Source of the DNA: Bryobacterales bacterium
GTDB taxonomy: Bacteria; Acidobacteriota; Terriglobia; Bryobacterales; UBA6623
Length of the DNA stretch: 64,000 nucleotides
Direction of reading: 5' to 3'
Assembly: GCA_963422375.2 (NCBI GenBank)
Contig: OY729428.2
Coordinates: forward strand, 736,001-800,000
Both the position numbers and the translations under genes were made by a program. Shown one piece after another: positions 54,206 through 64,000 of the stretch. Positions within the stretch are counted from its first letter, which is position 1, and every line of letters begins with the position of its first letter. Below the pieces are notes generated by a model that was not told the DNA's origin, made no database searches, and saw nothing but the letters and a program-made list of their open reading frames with translations.

Positions 54206-55855
54206 TCAGAGCACCTTGAACGTCGCGGTCGGCGCGAGGGACTCGTTCTTGACGCTGTCCTCGACCAGCAGGCTCAGGCGGTAGTCGCCCGGCTCCAGGC
54301 TCTGCAGCGGCAGGAGCTTCTCGATCACGACCTGCCTCGCGGACGCCCCGCGGATGTCGTTGACGTTCTCGGTGAAGTCCAGCAGCAGCTCGTCGGGGGA
54401 GTCCAAGCGGGCGATCTGGTAGGTCACGTTGCCTTCGGGCCGGCTCGTCTCCTCGCTCTGGCCGAAGTTGTAGATCTGCATGTAGATGCCCATCTTCTCC
54501 CCGCGCTTGAACGAGTCGTCGATGCGGGGGCGGACCTTGGAACTGCCGATCACGAACTGGCCCGTGCCCAAGGACCGGGTCGGCACACGCTCGATCTTGT
54601 CGGCGATGATCAGGGAGCTGGCGGCCAGCGCCTCGTCGTCGAACTCGGGCACGCGCATCGCCGTGCGGTAGGTGCCCATGGTCTCGCCGACCAGGTCCTT
54701 GACCACGAGCTCGAGCCGGTACATGCCCGGAGCGAGCGGCACCGTCTTGTTGTAGATCGAGGAGCGGGCCGCCTCGTGGGGCAGGCGCTCGGCGGTCGTC
54801 GGGACGCTCACCGTGTCCTCGAAGGTCGACTGGACGCGCCGCGTCATCGTGGTAATACGGCCGAAGATGTTCGCGACCGCCTTGTGCAGGCCGTCCGACT
54901 CCTCCTTGAACATCAGGTTCTCGTTGCGCAGCTGCACAGTGATGCCGGACAGCACGGAACTGTTCGTCACGCGGACGTAGTGGATGTCGACCTCGTACGG
55001 CAGCGTGTCGTAGTCGATGGTCGAGTTGACGATCGCCTCGAGATCCTTGAACTTGACGGTGGGCGGCTTGAAGATGTTGGCGTACAGCTGCAGGCGCTCG
55101 AATTGGTTGTAGCGGATGGACTGCGCGCCGCCGATCGGCATGCCCATGCGCGTGCCGTCGGTCCGGCGGAAGCGGTCGGCCTTCGTGGTCAGGCCCATCT
55201 GCTCCGACAGCGTGAGGCCCGCGCCGGGGACGTGCAGCAGCGCGTCCTTCTCGGACGGATCCATCGTGAGCCGGTACTCGCCGGTCATCGTGGGGTCGAC
55301 GAACTCGAGCAGGATGTCGCTGCCGATGCCCTCGATCCAGCGGTAGCGCCAGATCTCGAATGGGTAGGTGGAGGTGAAGCCGCCGCCCTCCTCGTAGGGC
55401 CTCTGGTACTGCCCGCCAGAGGGATGCGACTCGATCTCGTCCGGGGCGCCGTGGGCGATGTAGATGCGCCCGCGGTCCGTCTTCCAGCCGGGGATCCCCG
55501 ACGCGTAGCGGTCGTTGGTGTAGGCGATGCGGCGGTAGTGCTCTTCCTTGTACTCGTTCTCGATCGAGTCCGGCGTCGGATCCCGGCGCAGCCAGAAGGA
55601 CTCGATGAAGTTCTCGCGCTCCTCGTCCGTGGCCATCTGCACGAACGCCTTGCGCTCCTCCGGAGTGATGATGTAGCGCACGTCCTCGTCGAGCCAGCGC
55701 TTGAAGGGGCCGCGCAGCTCCTTGCGCAGGCGCTCGAGGCGCCGCTTCTCCTGCTTCGCGGTCAGCTTGGCCGGCTCGCCGTTGTCCTGGGCGCCAAGCA
55801 CCCCCGCTCCGGTGAACGCGAGTGCCGCGATCCAAAGCGCGAATCGACTACGCAT
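54206..55855 (-). CDS. GWxTD domain-containing protein
   Basis: WLDEDVRYII, FWLRRDPTP, EEHYRRIAY, GWKTDRGRIYI, EIWRY. Confidence 0.92.
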   Translation of the reverse strand: MRSRFALWIAALAFTGAGVLGAQDNGEPAKLTAKQEKRRLERLRKELRGPFKRWLDEDVRYIITPEERKAFVQMATDEERENFIESFWLRRDPTPDSIENEYKEEHYRRIAYTNDRYASGIPGWKTDRGRIYIAHGAPDEIESHPSGGQYQRPYEEGGGFTSTYPFEIWRYRWIEGIGSDILLEFVDPTMTGEYRLTMDPSEKDALLHVPGAGLTLSEQMGLTTKADRFRRTDGTRMGMPIGGAQSIRYNQFERLQLYANIFKPPTVKFKDLEAIVNSTIDYDTLPYEVDIHYVRVTNSSVLSGITVQLRNENLMFKEESDGLHKAVANIFGRITTMTRRVQSTFEDTVSVPTTAERLPHEAARSSIYNKTVPLAPGMYRLELVVKDLVGETMGTYRTAMRVPEFDDEALAASSLIIADKIERVPTRSLGTGQFVIGSSKVRPRIDDSFKRGEKMGIYMQIYNFGQSEETSRPEGNVTYQIARLDSPDELLLDFTENVNDIRGASARQVVIEKLLPLQSLEPGDYRLSLLVEDSVKNESLAPTATFKVL

Positions 55856-55945
55856 GGTGCCTCCCCGTCCGACAGGGGCCCATCGACAGCGCTCGGTTGC
55901 TGCGCACGCGCGGCAACCCGCAACCAGCGATTCTTCCCAGCTTCG

Positions 55946-55974
55946 ATTCTAGTGGCTACGAGGGCGCGCGTCAA
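55946..55974 (-). promoter_or_regulatory. Sigma70 promoter for the GWxTD operon
   Basis: TTGACG, 17-nt spacer, TAGAAT on the minus strand. Confidence 0.75.
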
Positions 55975-57680
55975 GCGCTAGGGGCCAAATTCCTCGTCTC
56001 AGGGTCCGGGGGGCGGGAGCCGGCCCCTTCGTACCCGAGCACCAGCAGGGTCAGGTCGTCCTTGAGCTGCTCCGCGCCGGCGTAGTCCCGGGCCTCGGCC
56101 AGCAGCGCTTCGAACAGCGCGGGCGCCCCGCGGCCCGCGCCCCGGGCCGCGGCGTCGCGCAGGCGGGTCTCGCCGAACTCCTCGCCCGCCGCGTTGCGCA
56201 GCTCCGAGACCCCGTCGCTGTAGACGACCAGCATGTCGCCGGGCAGCAGGCGGCAGCGGTCCTCGGCGAATTCGGCGTCGGGAAACAGCCCGACCGGCCG
56301 GCTGTTCGGCGGCAGGCGCTCGAGCTGCCCGGCGGCGCGCACGAGAATTGCCGGGCAGTGCCCGGCGTTGCTCCAGCGCACCGCTCCGTCCTCGGCGATG
56401 ACGAGGCCGAAGACCGTCACGAAGCGGGCACCCGCGGAGCGCTCGCAGAGGTACCGGTTGATGCGCTGCAGCGTGCCCGCGAGGGGCACGTCGGGGCCGG
56501 CCCCGAGGAAGAACGCCCCCTGCAGGAGGGACGCCAGGATGGAGGCGGCGACGCCCTTCCCGGACACGTCGGCCACCACCGCGGCCCACTTGCCCGGGGA
56601 CACCTGCATCACGTCGTAGTAGTCCCCGCCCAGCTGCGCGCTCGACTCGCAATGGCCCTTGGCCAGCAGCCAGCCCCGGCTCGGCAGGGCGGACGGCAGC
56701 AGGGCGCGCTGGATGCCGCGGGCCATCCTCAGCTCCTGCTCGAGGCGGCGCTTCTCGCGCTCCTCCTCGATCAGCCGAGCGTTCTCCAGAACCGTCCAAA
56801 TCTCGATCGCGAGCGCCTGCAGCAGCGCCTGGCTGCCCTCCGCCAGGCGCACCTCGGGATCGCTCGTGTCCATGTAGAGCACGCCCAGGGTGTCCTTCTT
56901 GGTGGAGATGATGCTGGTCTCATTGTCCTGGCCCACGCGCATGCGCAGGATAGGAACGCCCAGCGCGCTGCGCAGGTCGAGCTCGGCCGCCGTGCGGCTG
57001 GCATGGCCGCCGGGACCCGTCGCGGACGGCCCCAGCTGCATCGAGAAGAGCTCGCGCCGGCGGTCCAAGGCGTCGCCAATCATCGCGAGAGGCACCCTCA
57101 GGTCCCCGGGCCCGCGCTTCTCGCCCGAAGAGTCGCGGGCCACCTTGACGCTCAGGTCGCCCGTCTCCTCGCGGAGCAGCAGGAAGGCGCGTTCGGCGCC
57201 GGCGATCGTCAGGGCCGCCTCGACGACCGCCTCGAACACCTCGTCGACGCCGTCGGAGGCTTCCATCGTGCGGGCGACCTCCATGACCGCGGCCAGCCGA
57301 CCGAGGGCGCCGGTGCGGCCCCGGGCGGCGTCGATGCGCGAGACCTGTTTCAGGAGCGGCGCCTGCGGGCTGGCACCCCCGCAGGCCGTGAGCTGGTACG
57401 AGTCCGCGACGCCGAAACCGATACGGTCGCCACTTGCCAAGCGGCGCTCCCGGACCCGCTCGTCGTTGACCGTGACGCCGTGGCGGCTCTCGAGATCCTC
57501 GATCACGTAGTCGCCGCCGTCGTTGCGAATGCGGGCGTGCCGACGCGAGATGCGCCCGTCGCGCAGCGCGAGGTCGCAGTCCTGGTGGCGGCCGATGACG
57601 AACGGGTTGCGAGCGACATGCACTTGGACGCACTCGCCCGACGGGGCCTCGACCAGCAGCAGGAGAGAAACGAGGCCCAT
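55971..57680 (-). CDS. FHA-GAF-PP2C (SpoIIE/RsbU-like) protein phosphatase
   Basis: FHA (IGR, SRRHA, SRHG), GAF domain, GGDYYD, ADVSGKG, NAGH, YSDG, DDLT. Confidence 0.9.
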   Translation of the reverse strand: MGLVSLLLLVEAPSGECVQVHVARNPFVIGRHQDCDLALRDGRISRRHARIRNDGGDYVIEDLESRHGVTVNDERVRERRLASGDRIGFGVADSYQLTACGGASPQAPLLKQVSRIDAARGRTGALGRLAAVMEVARTMEASDGVDEVFEAVVEAALTIAGAERAFLLLREETGDLSVKVARDSSGEKRGPGDLRVPLAMIGDALDRRRELFSMQLGPSATGPGGHASRTAAELDLRSALGVPILRMRVGQDNETSIISTKKDTLGVLYMDTSDPEVRLAEGSQALLQALAIEIWTVLENARLIEEEREKRRLEQELRMARGIQRALLPSALPSRGWLLAKGHCESSAQLGGDYYDVMQVSPGKWAAVVADVSGKGVAASILASLLQGAFFLGAGPDVPLAGTLQRINRYLCERSAGARFVTVFGLVIAEDGAVRWSNAGHCPAILVRAAGQLERLPPNSRPVGLFPDAEFAEDRCRLLPGDMLVVYSDGVSELRNAAGEEFGETRLRDAAARGAGRGAPALFEALLAEARDYAGAEQLKDDLTLLVLGYEGAGSRPPDPETRNLAPSA

Positions 57681-57730
57681 GGATTCGCGCTCGCGGGAAG
57701 GCACCGCGGCAGGGGCGGGTCCGGGCCGGC

Positions 57731-58225
57731 TCACGCCGGCGGCGAGGCCTTCGACGGACCGTCGGCTTCGTCCGCGGCCAAGTCTCCTTGCTGGCAGTCG
57801 GCGCAAAAGCCGCCGATCTCGGTGCGGGCGACCTGGACCTTGAAACCGAACTGCGACTCGACCTGGCTCCTGATCTGCTGCAGCGGCTCGCCGAAGTACT
57901 CGACGACCGACCCGCAGCCCATGCAAACGATGTGGGCGTGCTCCCGCTTGAGGCGCGTCTCGTAATAATGGTGCTCGCCTTCGTAGTGCATCAGATCCAG
58001 CTCGTCAACCAAGCCCTGCTCCTTGAGGACCTTGAGAGTGCGGTACACCGTCACCCGGTTGATCTTCGGATCCTGCTCCTTCGCCAGGTCGAAGAGCTGC
58101 TCGGCGTTCAGGTGGGCGTGCGAGTTGTGGATCAGCCCGAAAATGAGCTCGCGCTGGCGGGTCAGGCGAATACCATGCCGCCGGAGCGGCTCCCTGAGAC
58201 TCCGCTTTGAGGCCGGCGCGAGCAC
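57731..58225 (-). CDS. Fur family transcriptional regulator
   Basis: RLTRQRE, TVYRTL, HAHIVCMGCG, CADC. Start is GTG 58225 or ATG 58231. Confidence 0.92.
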   Translation of the reverse strand: MLAPASKRSLREPLRRHGIRLTRQRELIFGLIHNSHAHLNAEQLFDLAKEQDPKINRVTVYRTLKVLKEQGLVDELDLMHYEGEHHYYETRLKREHAHIVCMGCGSVVEYFGEPLQQIRSQVESQFGFKVQVARTEIGGFCADCQQGDLAADEADGPSKASPPA

Positions 58226-58316
58226 TGGCATCAATCTAGCACAGGCACCCGCCGAAGGAGCGCCGCGCGACGGCCCCCGTGCGCTTAGAATGAGGGTACC
58301 ACCCGCTTTCCTGTGT

Positions 58317-58393
58317 CGGGCCGTGGCGCAGCCTGGTAGCGCGCTTCCTTGGGGTGGAAGAGGTCCCGAGTTCAAATCTCGGCGGCCCGACCA
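58317..58393 (+). tRNA. tRNA-Pro(GGG)
   Basis: 77-nt cloverleaf: acceptor CGGGCCG/CGGCCCG, anticodon arm CTTCC-TTGGGGT-GGAAG, TTCAAAT T-loop, encoded CCA; TAGAAT at 58286. Confidence 0.97.
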
Positions 58394-58408
58394 ATCGCGG
58401 CGGCGCAG

Positions 58409-59050
58409 CTAGACGTCGCCGAGCTGCCCCGGCTCCGTTGTGCTGTCGCCGACCGTGCGCCGATGCGGCCCAGCAGCGCCACGAACAGGTTCGTCAGCGG
58501 CGTTCCCCGCGGGTACACGACGTGCCGGCCGAGCCGCAGCGCACCGCCCCGGCCCGCGAGCATGATCGGCAGGTCCTCGTGCGTGTGCTTGTTGCCGTCC
58601 GAGGTCCCGCTGCCGTAGACGACCATCGAGCGGTCGAGCAGCGTGCCGTCCCCGTCGTCCGCCGCGTCGAGCTTGCCCAGGAACGCGGCGAACTGCTCGG
58701 CGTGGTAGGCGTTGATCCGGGTAACCCTCTCGATCGACTCCGCGTTGCCCCCGTGGTGCGTCAGGGGGTGGTGGGACGCCGGCACGCCGATTTCCGCGTC
58801 CGTCCGCAGGCTCCCCTCGCGCCCGATCATGCAGGTGATTGCACGCGTCAGGTCCGCCCGCATCGCGAGAATCTGCGGATCGAACATCAGCTGGAGGCAG
58901 TCCGCGAAGCGCGCCGGGATGCCCACCGGGCTGGGCACGCCCGGATCGAACGCTCGGCTGTCGCCTTCGGCCGCCTCGATGCGCCGCGCGACCTCGCGGA
59001 CGCCGTGGAGGTACTAGTCGAGCCTGCGCCGGTTCTCCCCCTCCATGCCT
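58409..59050 (-). pseudogene. DUF1552-like protein, C-terminal remnant
   Basis: HHPLTHH, GTLLDRSMVVYGSG, DGNKHTHEDLP, PLTNL; frameshifted and missing the N-terminus. Boundaries approximate. Confidence 0.7.
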
Positions 59051-59168
59051 GTGGGGCGGCCGAGGCGGCCACCTCGACCGATGCGACCCACCGCCCGTCG
59101 ATCCAGAGGATTCCCTCGAACGGGTCGGAAAGCCTGGGGCGATTCCCTTCCGGGGAGATCCGAAAGTC

Positions 59169-59905
59169 TTAGATCGCGCTCGCGGGAAATAAATGCGTGG
59201 CATGGAGGGCGCTGGGATGGCTCAGGCCGGTCACGTCGCAATCCAGGACTGTGCAGGGCAGCTTGTACAGGAAGCGGGCGTTGCAGCGGCCGTCGAGGCC
59301 CCAGCGCGGCGGCGGCTGGTGCCGCACCACGGTCGGCTCGATCTCGGGAGGCCCGAACAGGGCCCTCCGCCCGAGCGTCTCGGCAGCTGCGAGGTACGCA
59401 TCCATCAGCGCAGGCGAGAGCGCCTCCGCGACGGTGTCGAAGCCGTGGCCGGAATCGTCCGGCGGGAACCGGTCCGCCGACCGCAGGTCTAGGCCAAGCG
59501 GGTCGCGCACGGTGTTGTCGTACTCAGCCCGGTTCAGTCGGTGCGCCGTCACCCGCCCGGCCGCTGGCACCGCCGGCTCGTCAATCCGGTCGATGCCGTT
59601 TCCGATCCATCCAACTGCCTGCCGCACAGCGGAGGCCGGCGGCGAGGAGCACCCCGCGGAGGCATCTCGCCACTGGAAAGCGTGGCGCGGACGCGGTCCC
59701 AGCGCTCGCTGGTCGGCTCGGTCAGGCCTGCTCCGAGAAGCGCGCCTAGGTCGAGTCCGCCCGACCGCACTTCGGCACCGTGGCACCGCGAGCAGTGATC
59801 CCGCAGGAGCTCCGCGACGGTCTCGGGCACGTCGGAGCGCAGGACCCGACCGAGGCGAGCGCCCCGACAAGAGCGGCCATACAGCACCCGACCCTCACGC
59901 CCCAA
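59169..59905 (-). pseudogene. DUF1592/DUF1587-type protein with cytochrome c domain, N-terminal remnant
   Basis: CSRCHG...EMPP in one frame and HRLNRAEYDNTVRD...PPDDSGHGFD in another; truncated. Confidence 0.7.
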
Positions 59906-60046
59906 CCAATCCAGACGGGGAATTCCCCGGCATGCGATCAGCGAGGCTACCGCCCGGGCGCAGCCGCCGCATCGAGCAGCCGCCGTATCGAGAGGTCATG
60001 TGAGAAGATCGAAGCGGCCGCAGCGAGCGGCGCGAATCCGACACCC

Positions 60047-61834
60047 ATGCCAAGCAAACCGAAACGACAGGCGACCCGCCTAGCAGCCGGCTGCGCCGCC
60101 GTGCTCGCTTTCGCCGGGGCGTGCGCTTCCGACGGCGGCGCGTCGAAGCACCCGAACGTGGTGGTCTTCCTCGCCGACGATCAGGGCTGGGGCGACCTCA
60201 GCGTCCACGGCAATTCGAATCTCTCGACGCCGCACATCGATTCGCTGGCGAGAGACGGCGCGCTCTTCGAGCATTTCTACGTTTGCGCGGTGTGCGCGCC
60301 CACGCGGGCCGAGTTCCTCACCGGGCGCTACTACGCCCGGGGCGGCGTGCGGGGCGTCTCGACCGGCCAGGAGCGACTGAACATCGACGAGCACACCATC
60401 GCTCAAACGTTCCAAGCGGCCGGGTACGCCACGGGAGCGTTCGGGAAATGGCACAACGGCACGCAGCACCCGTACCATCCGAACGCGCGGGGATTCGACG
60501 AGTTCTACGGCTTCACCGAGGGGCACTGGGGCCACTACTTCGATTACGAGCTGGATCACAACGGCGAGCTGGTGAAGGGCGAGGGCTTCGCCGTCGACGA
60601 CTTCACCAACCGCGCCATGGCCTTCATGGAGCGGCATCGGGACCGTCCATTCTTCGCGTACGTGCCGTATAACACGCCGCATTCCCCGATGCAGGTCCCG
60701 GACCAGTACTGGGACCGGTTCGAGTCGAAGGAACTCGCGATGCGCCACAGGGCCCCCGAGAGGGAGGACGTGCCCAAGACCCGCGCCGCCCTGGCGATGG
60801 TCGAGAACATCGACTGGAACGTCGGACGCGTGCTGGCGAAGCTCGACGAACTGGGCCTTAGCGAGGACACGATCATCCTCTACTTCAGCGACAACGGCCC
60901 GAACGGCTGGCGGTGGAACGGCGGCTTGAAGGGCCGCAAGGGCTCGATCGACGAGGGCGGTCTGCGCTCGCCGCTGCTCGTCCGCTGGACGGGACTGATC
61001 CAGTCGGGCCGCGTGATCTCGGAGGTGGCCGGCGCGATCGACCTGCTCCCGACACTGGCCGACCTAGCGGGAATCGAAGTCGCCGGGGCCAAGCCCCTCG
61101 ACGGACGCAGCCTGGCACCCCTGCTGACCGGCGCCGGAGCCGAGTGGGAGGACCGGCTGCTGTATTCCCTGCGGATCCAGCGCGGGCAGCAGCTGGTGAG
61201 CGTCCGCAACCAGCGGTTCCGGATGGATGCCGCGGGCGAGCTTTTCGATATCGAGACCGACCCCGGGCAGCATGAGAACGTCGCGGACAGGTTTCCGGAC
61301 GAAGCGGAGGCCATGCGGGCCGCAGCCGCGGCCTGGGGTACCGAGGTCGCTCCGAGCGTCGGCCCGGACGACCGGCCGTTTCCGGTCGGCCATGCGGGGC
61401 TGACCCTGCTTCCTGCCCGCGACGGCGTGCCGCACGGCGGAATCGAGCGCAGCGCCCGCGCGCCGAACTGCTCGTACTTCACGAACTGGACGAGTGCCCA
61501 AGACTCGATCACTTGGGACATCGAGGTCGCCGAGGCCGGCGAGTATGAAATCGGCGTTTACTATGCCGCGTCCGAGCCTGGATCGACGATCTACGCGACC
61601 TTCGAGGGCGCGACGGTCACCGGCAAGGTCGATGAAGCCCACGATCCACCGGCCTACGGCGCGGAAGACGACCGGGTGCCGCGGGTGGGCGAGTCACTGG
61701 TGAAGGATTTCCGGCCGCTCGTGCTGGGCAGGGCGACGCTTCCGGAGGCGCGCGGAACACTGACATTGAAAGCGGCTGACGTGGCCGGGGCGCAGGTGGC
61801 GGAGATCCGCTACGTGTCCCTTCGGCAACTGTAG
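60047..61834 (+). CDS. Arylsulfatase (formylglycine-dependent), probable lipoprotein
   Basis: AGAC lipobox-like signal, [27 protein letters not shown]. Confidence 0.93.
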   Translation: MPSKPKRQATRLAAGCAAVLAFAGACASDGGASKHPNVVVFLADDQGWGDLSVHGNSNLSTPHIDSLARDGALFEHFYVCAVCAPTRAEFLTGRYYARGGVRGVSTGQERLNIDEHTIAQTFQAAGYATGAFGKWHNGTQHPYHPNARGFDEFYGFTEGHWGHYFDYELDHNGELVKGEGFAVDDFTNRAMAFMERHRDRPFFAYVPYNTPHSPMQVPDQYWDRFESKELAMRHRAPEREDVPKTRAALAMVENIDWNVGRVLAKLDELGLSEDTIILYFSDNGPNGWRWNGGLKGRKGSIDEGGLRSPLLVRWTGLIQSGRVISEVAGAIDLLPTLADLAGIEVAGAKPLDGRSLAPLLTGAGAEWEDRLLYSLRIQRGQQLVSVRNQRFRMDAAGELFDIETDPGQHENVADRFPDEAEAMRAAAAAWGTEVAPSVGPDDRPFPVGHAGLTLLPARDGVPHGGIERSARAPNCSYFTNWTSAQDSITWDIEVAEAGEYEIGVYYAASEPGSTIYATFEGATVTGKVDEAHDPPAYGAEDDRVPRVGESLVKDFRPLVLGRATLPEARGTLTLKAADVAGAQVAEIRYVSLRQL

Positions 61835-62225
61835 GGGGAGCATTCCCGCCAGAGCGATTCCGCTCGGTCCGGACTGGCTTCGAGGTGCCTCGCGGCGCAC
61901 CGAGTCGGCGTCGGTCGGCAGCAAGGGTCTCGGACTCGAGACCCTCGTTTGCGGCGTACTGCATGGTGGCGAGTCCGTGCGCCCAGTCGGCCAAGCCCTC
62001 CGGCCCATAGCGTGACTACCGCAATACCCATTCGGATCGCATTCGTGCCGTCGCGGCTTCGGGACAGGGCGTAGCCAGCACCGTCCGGGGCGCACGCGGC
62101 ATCAAGGAGCAGTGGCTTCGCCCTTGGCTTCTTGCGACCCTCCGCATCTCTCGCATCTCGAGGGCTGTCCGGCGACTCCGATACGCTCTTTCCCCGGCAA
62201 TCGGATCGTCATTTTCAAATGGGTA

Positions 62226-63241
62226 CCTGATTACCCACAAGACTCAGCCAAGGTTAGGAGGCGGTAAGGCCTCGGCGGGGTGCGCACGGAGGCGTGGAGC
62301 AGGCGGGGGACCAGCGCCTCCGGATCGTAGCGGCGGTTGAAGCGGTAGCGGAACTCGGCGAGGTACCGCGGCAGGTGCTTGCCGTTGAGCGAATGGCAGG
62401 TTCCCGCCAGGGACCGCTTGACGTTCGCCAGCATCGTGTTGACCCGGAAGAAGCGGGAATGCCCGCAGCTCCGCTGCCCGCCTGCGGTGACGGTCAGCAC
62501 GTGCTCGCAGCCGGCGCCGGCCACGCCCCGCAAGCAGGCCGGGCCGTCGGAATGCACCTCCGTGCCGGGCTGCAAGTGCCGCCCGGCCCATGCTGCCAGC
62601 GTCTTCTGGCGGAAGCCCGCCACGCCGCTCAGGCGCATCCTTGCCGGCTGGCCGGCGGCGGTGACCTGCACGGCGGCGACGAACGGCGTCTTGCCCGCCG
62701 CGCCGCGCCCGCGCTTGCCGCCGGTCCGCTCCCCGCCCCGGTAGGCGTCGTCCACCTGCACGATGCCGCCCGGCGGCACGCGCTCGTCGCGCTCCTTCAT
62801 CACTTGCAAGAGCTTGTGCTTCATCTTCCAGGCCGTGTTCCGGCTGACCCCCGGCTGCCGCGCCCAGTTCCAGCGACGAAACGCCGTGCTGGCCCTGCGT
62901 CAGCAGGTGGATCGCCAGCAACCGGACGGTCAGCGGCAGCTTGGTGGCGGCGAAGATCGTGCCGGCGACGAGGGAGGTCCGGCGGTGGCAGGCATTGCAC
63001 TGCCACAGCTTGCGGGAGCGGATGCGGCAGTGCCGGCGGAAGCCGCACTCCGGGCAGCGGGCGTTGAAGACGGCCTGCTCGCATGGCCCCTCGCTGCCGT
63101 AGCGCTGCAGGAACTTGCCCGGGCTGAGTCCCTTCTGGAATTGCACGCGATTGCCTTTCAGCGGCTATCCCCTTTCCTGTCAGATATTTCCGACCTCCTT
63201 CAGTATAGCATATCCTCGGCTGACGTTCGTTGGTAATCAGG
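62226..63241 (-). mobile_element. IS1595-family insertion sequence, copy B, transposase inactivated
   Basis: Same ends as copy A; 8-bp duplication AATGGGTA at 62218-62225 and 63242-63249; start codon lost, 18-bp deletion, +1 frameshift. Confidence 0.95.
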
Positions 63242-63669
63242 AATGGGTAACTCTAGCAAACTGCAAGAGATTCGAAGACAGACCGCACCCACGACCACAG
63301 CCGCGGTGCTCCGCTTGCGGACGGGCCCAGTGGCCGCTCCGACGCGAACCTCCGGCACGCAATCCGGTCACCCAATTGCGCCCCGCCGAATTGGGGCGTT
63401 TCGCTCTGATCATTCACGAAGCCTTCAAGGCGACCGTTGGATCGCGTGTCGGGCGCGACATGCACCACCGGACTCAGTGCCAGCGGAATTGGGCCGGCGG
63501 ACGGCCTGAATCCAGCCATCCTTGCCCGACAGGCACCAATTCCGTGCATTCCGGGAGGAGAAGAATCTCACTGAAGATCGATTCCTAGCGACGGGCTTCA
63601 TTCTTGAATGATCCGAGCGAGATCGCTTGCATTCCGAGACCGCCGGTACAATGAGACCGGGACCCGGCC

Positions 63670-64000
63670 ATGTCGACACTCGCGTCTCCCGCGCCGGCGG
63701 AAGCCACCCGGGCCGAGCGGGAGCTGTACCTCAAAGACCCCTACTCGTGGGCGCGGTGGCAGTCCGACCTGCTGCGACGGCGGGACTTCAAGCGCGTCGA
63801 CTGGGAGAGCGTGATTGAGGAGATCGAGGACGTGGGGAGGAGCACGCAGGCCCGCTGGACGTCGCTGTGCGCGCGGGCCGTCGAGCACCTGCTCAAGATG
63901 CAGTACTGGGGGTCGCGCAACCCAGACGCGCTGGGGCACTGGAGTCGCGAGGTCCGCAACTTCCGGCACCAGATGGCCCGCGTGCCGAGAAGGAGTCCGG
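63670..64000 (+). CDS. DUF29 family protein, truncated by window end
   Basis: Hand translation LYLKDPYSWARWQSDLLR...VDWESVIEEIEDVGRS...EHLLKMQYW; TACAAT at 63647. Confidence 0.8.
   Translation, partial: MSTLASPAPAEATRAERELYLKDPYSWARWQSDLLRRRDFKRVDWESVIEEIEDVGRSTQARWTSLCARAVEHLLKMQYWGSRNPDALGHWSREVRNFRHQMARVPRRSP

Noticed and set aside
51987..55835. 1282-aa ORF as one giant protein
   Set aside because: Arg/Gly/Pro-rich alternative frame over two real genes; only 51987-52391 is protein-like.
61835..63660. A gene interrupted by IS1595 copy B
   Set aside because: Joining the flanks did not give a convincing ORF in the frames I checked; the minus-strand frame has a TAG next to the junction.
58317..64000. 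Integrative element at tRNA-Pro
   Set aside because: No integrase and no duplicated tRNA 3' end seen within the window.

Overview
High-GC bacterial chromosome segment. Gene content (GWxTD protein, DUF6152 cluster, DUF1592/DUF1552 remnants, many exported enzymes) suggests Acidobacteriota, Bryobacterales-like; this is inference. Housekeeping genes: rpmH-rnpA-yidD-yidC-jag-mnmE, purS, nrdJ, lepA, mfd, rfaE2, thpR, a Fur-family regulator and tRNA-Pro(GGG). Five IS elements have mappable ends: three IS1595, one IS1380 and one ISNCY-like. One IS1595 splits a hicA toxin gene with a perfect 8-bp target duplication. Accessory loci: a decaying GH32 plus sugar ABC locus, a putative sugar-acid catabolic cluster, a sulfatase, and an uncharacterised periplasmic cluster (three paralogues of an unknown two-Cys family, one fused to VOC domains, plus DUF6152 and a Tat-exported PQQ dehydrogenase). 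The most notable observations are a full-length GlmS paralogue lacking the glutaminase Cys1 and the isomerase Lys603 and overlapping an orphan purS, the DUF6152/PQQ cluster, a protease-dead HtrA-like PDZ protein coupled to a cation/proton antiporter, a likely rnpA start inside rpmH, repeated leaderless-type promoters, and an apparent AT-to-GC bias in decaying IS genes. All family assignments come from motif recognition by eye; no database searches were run.
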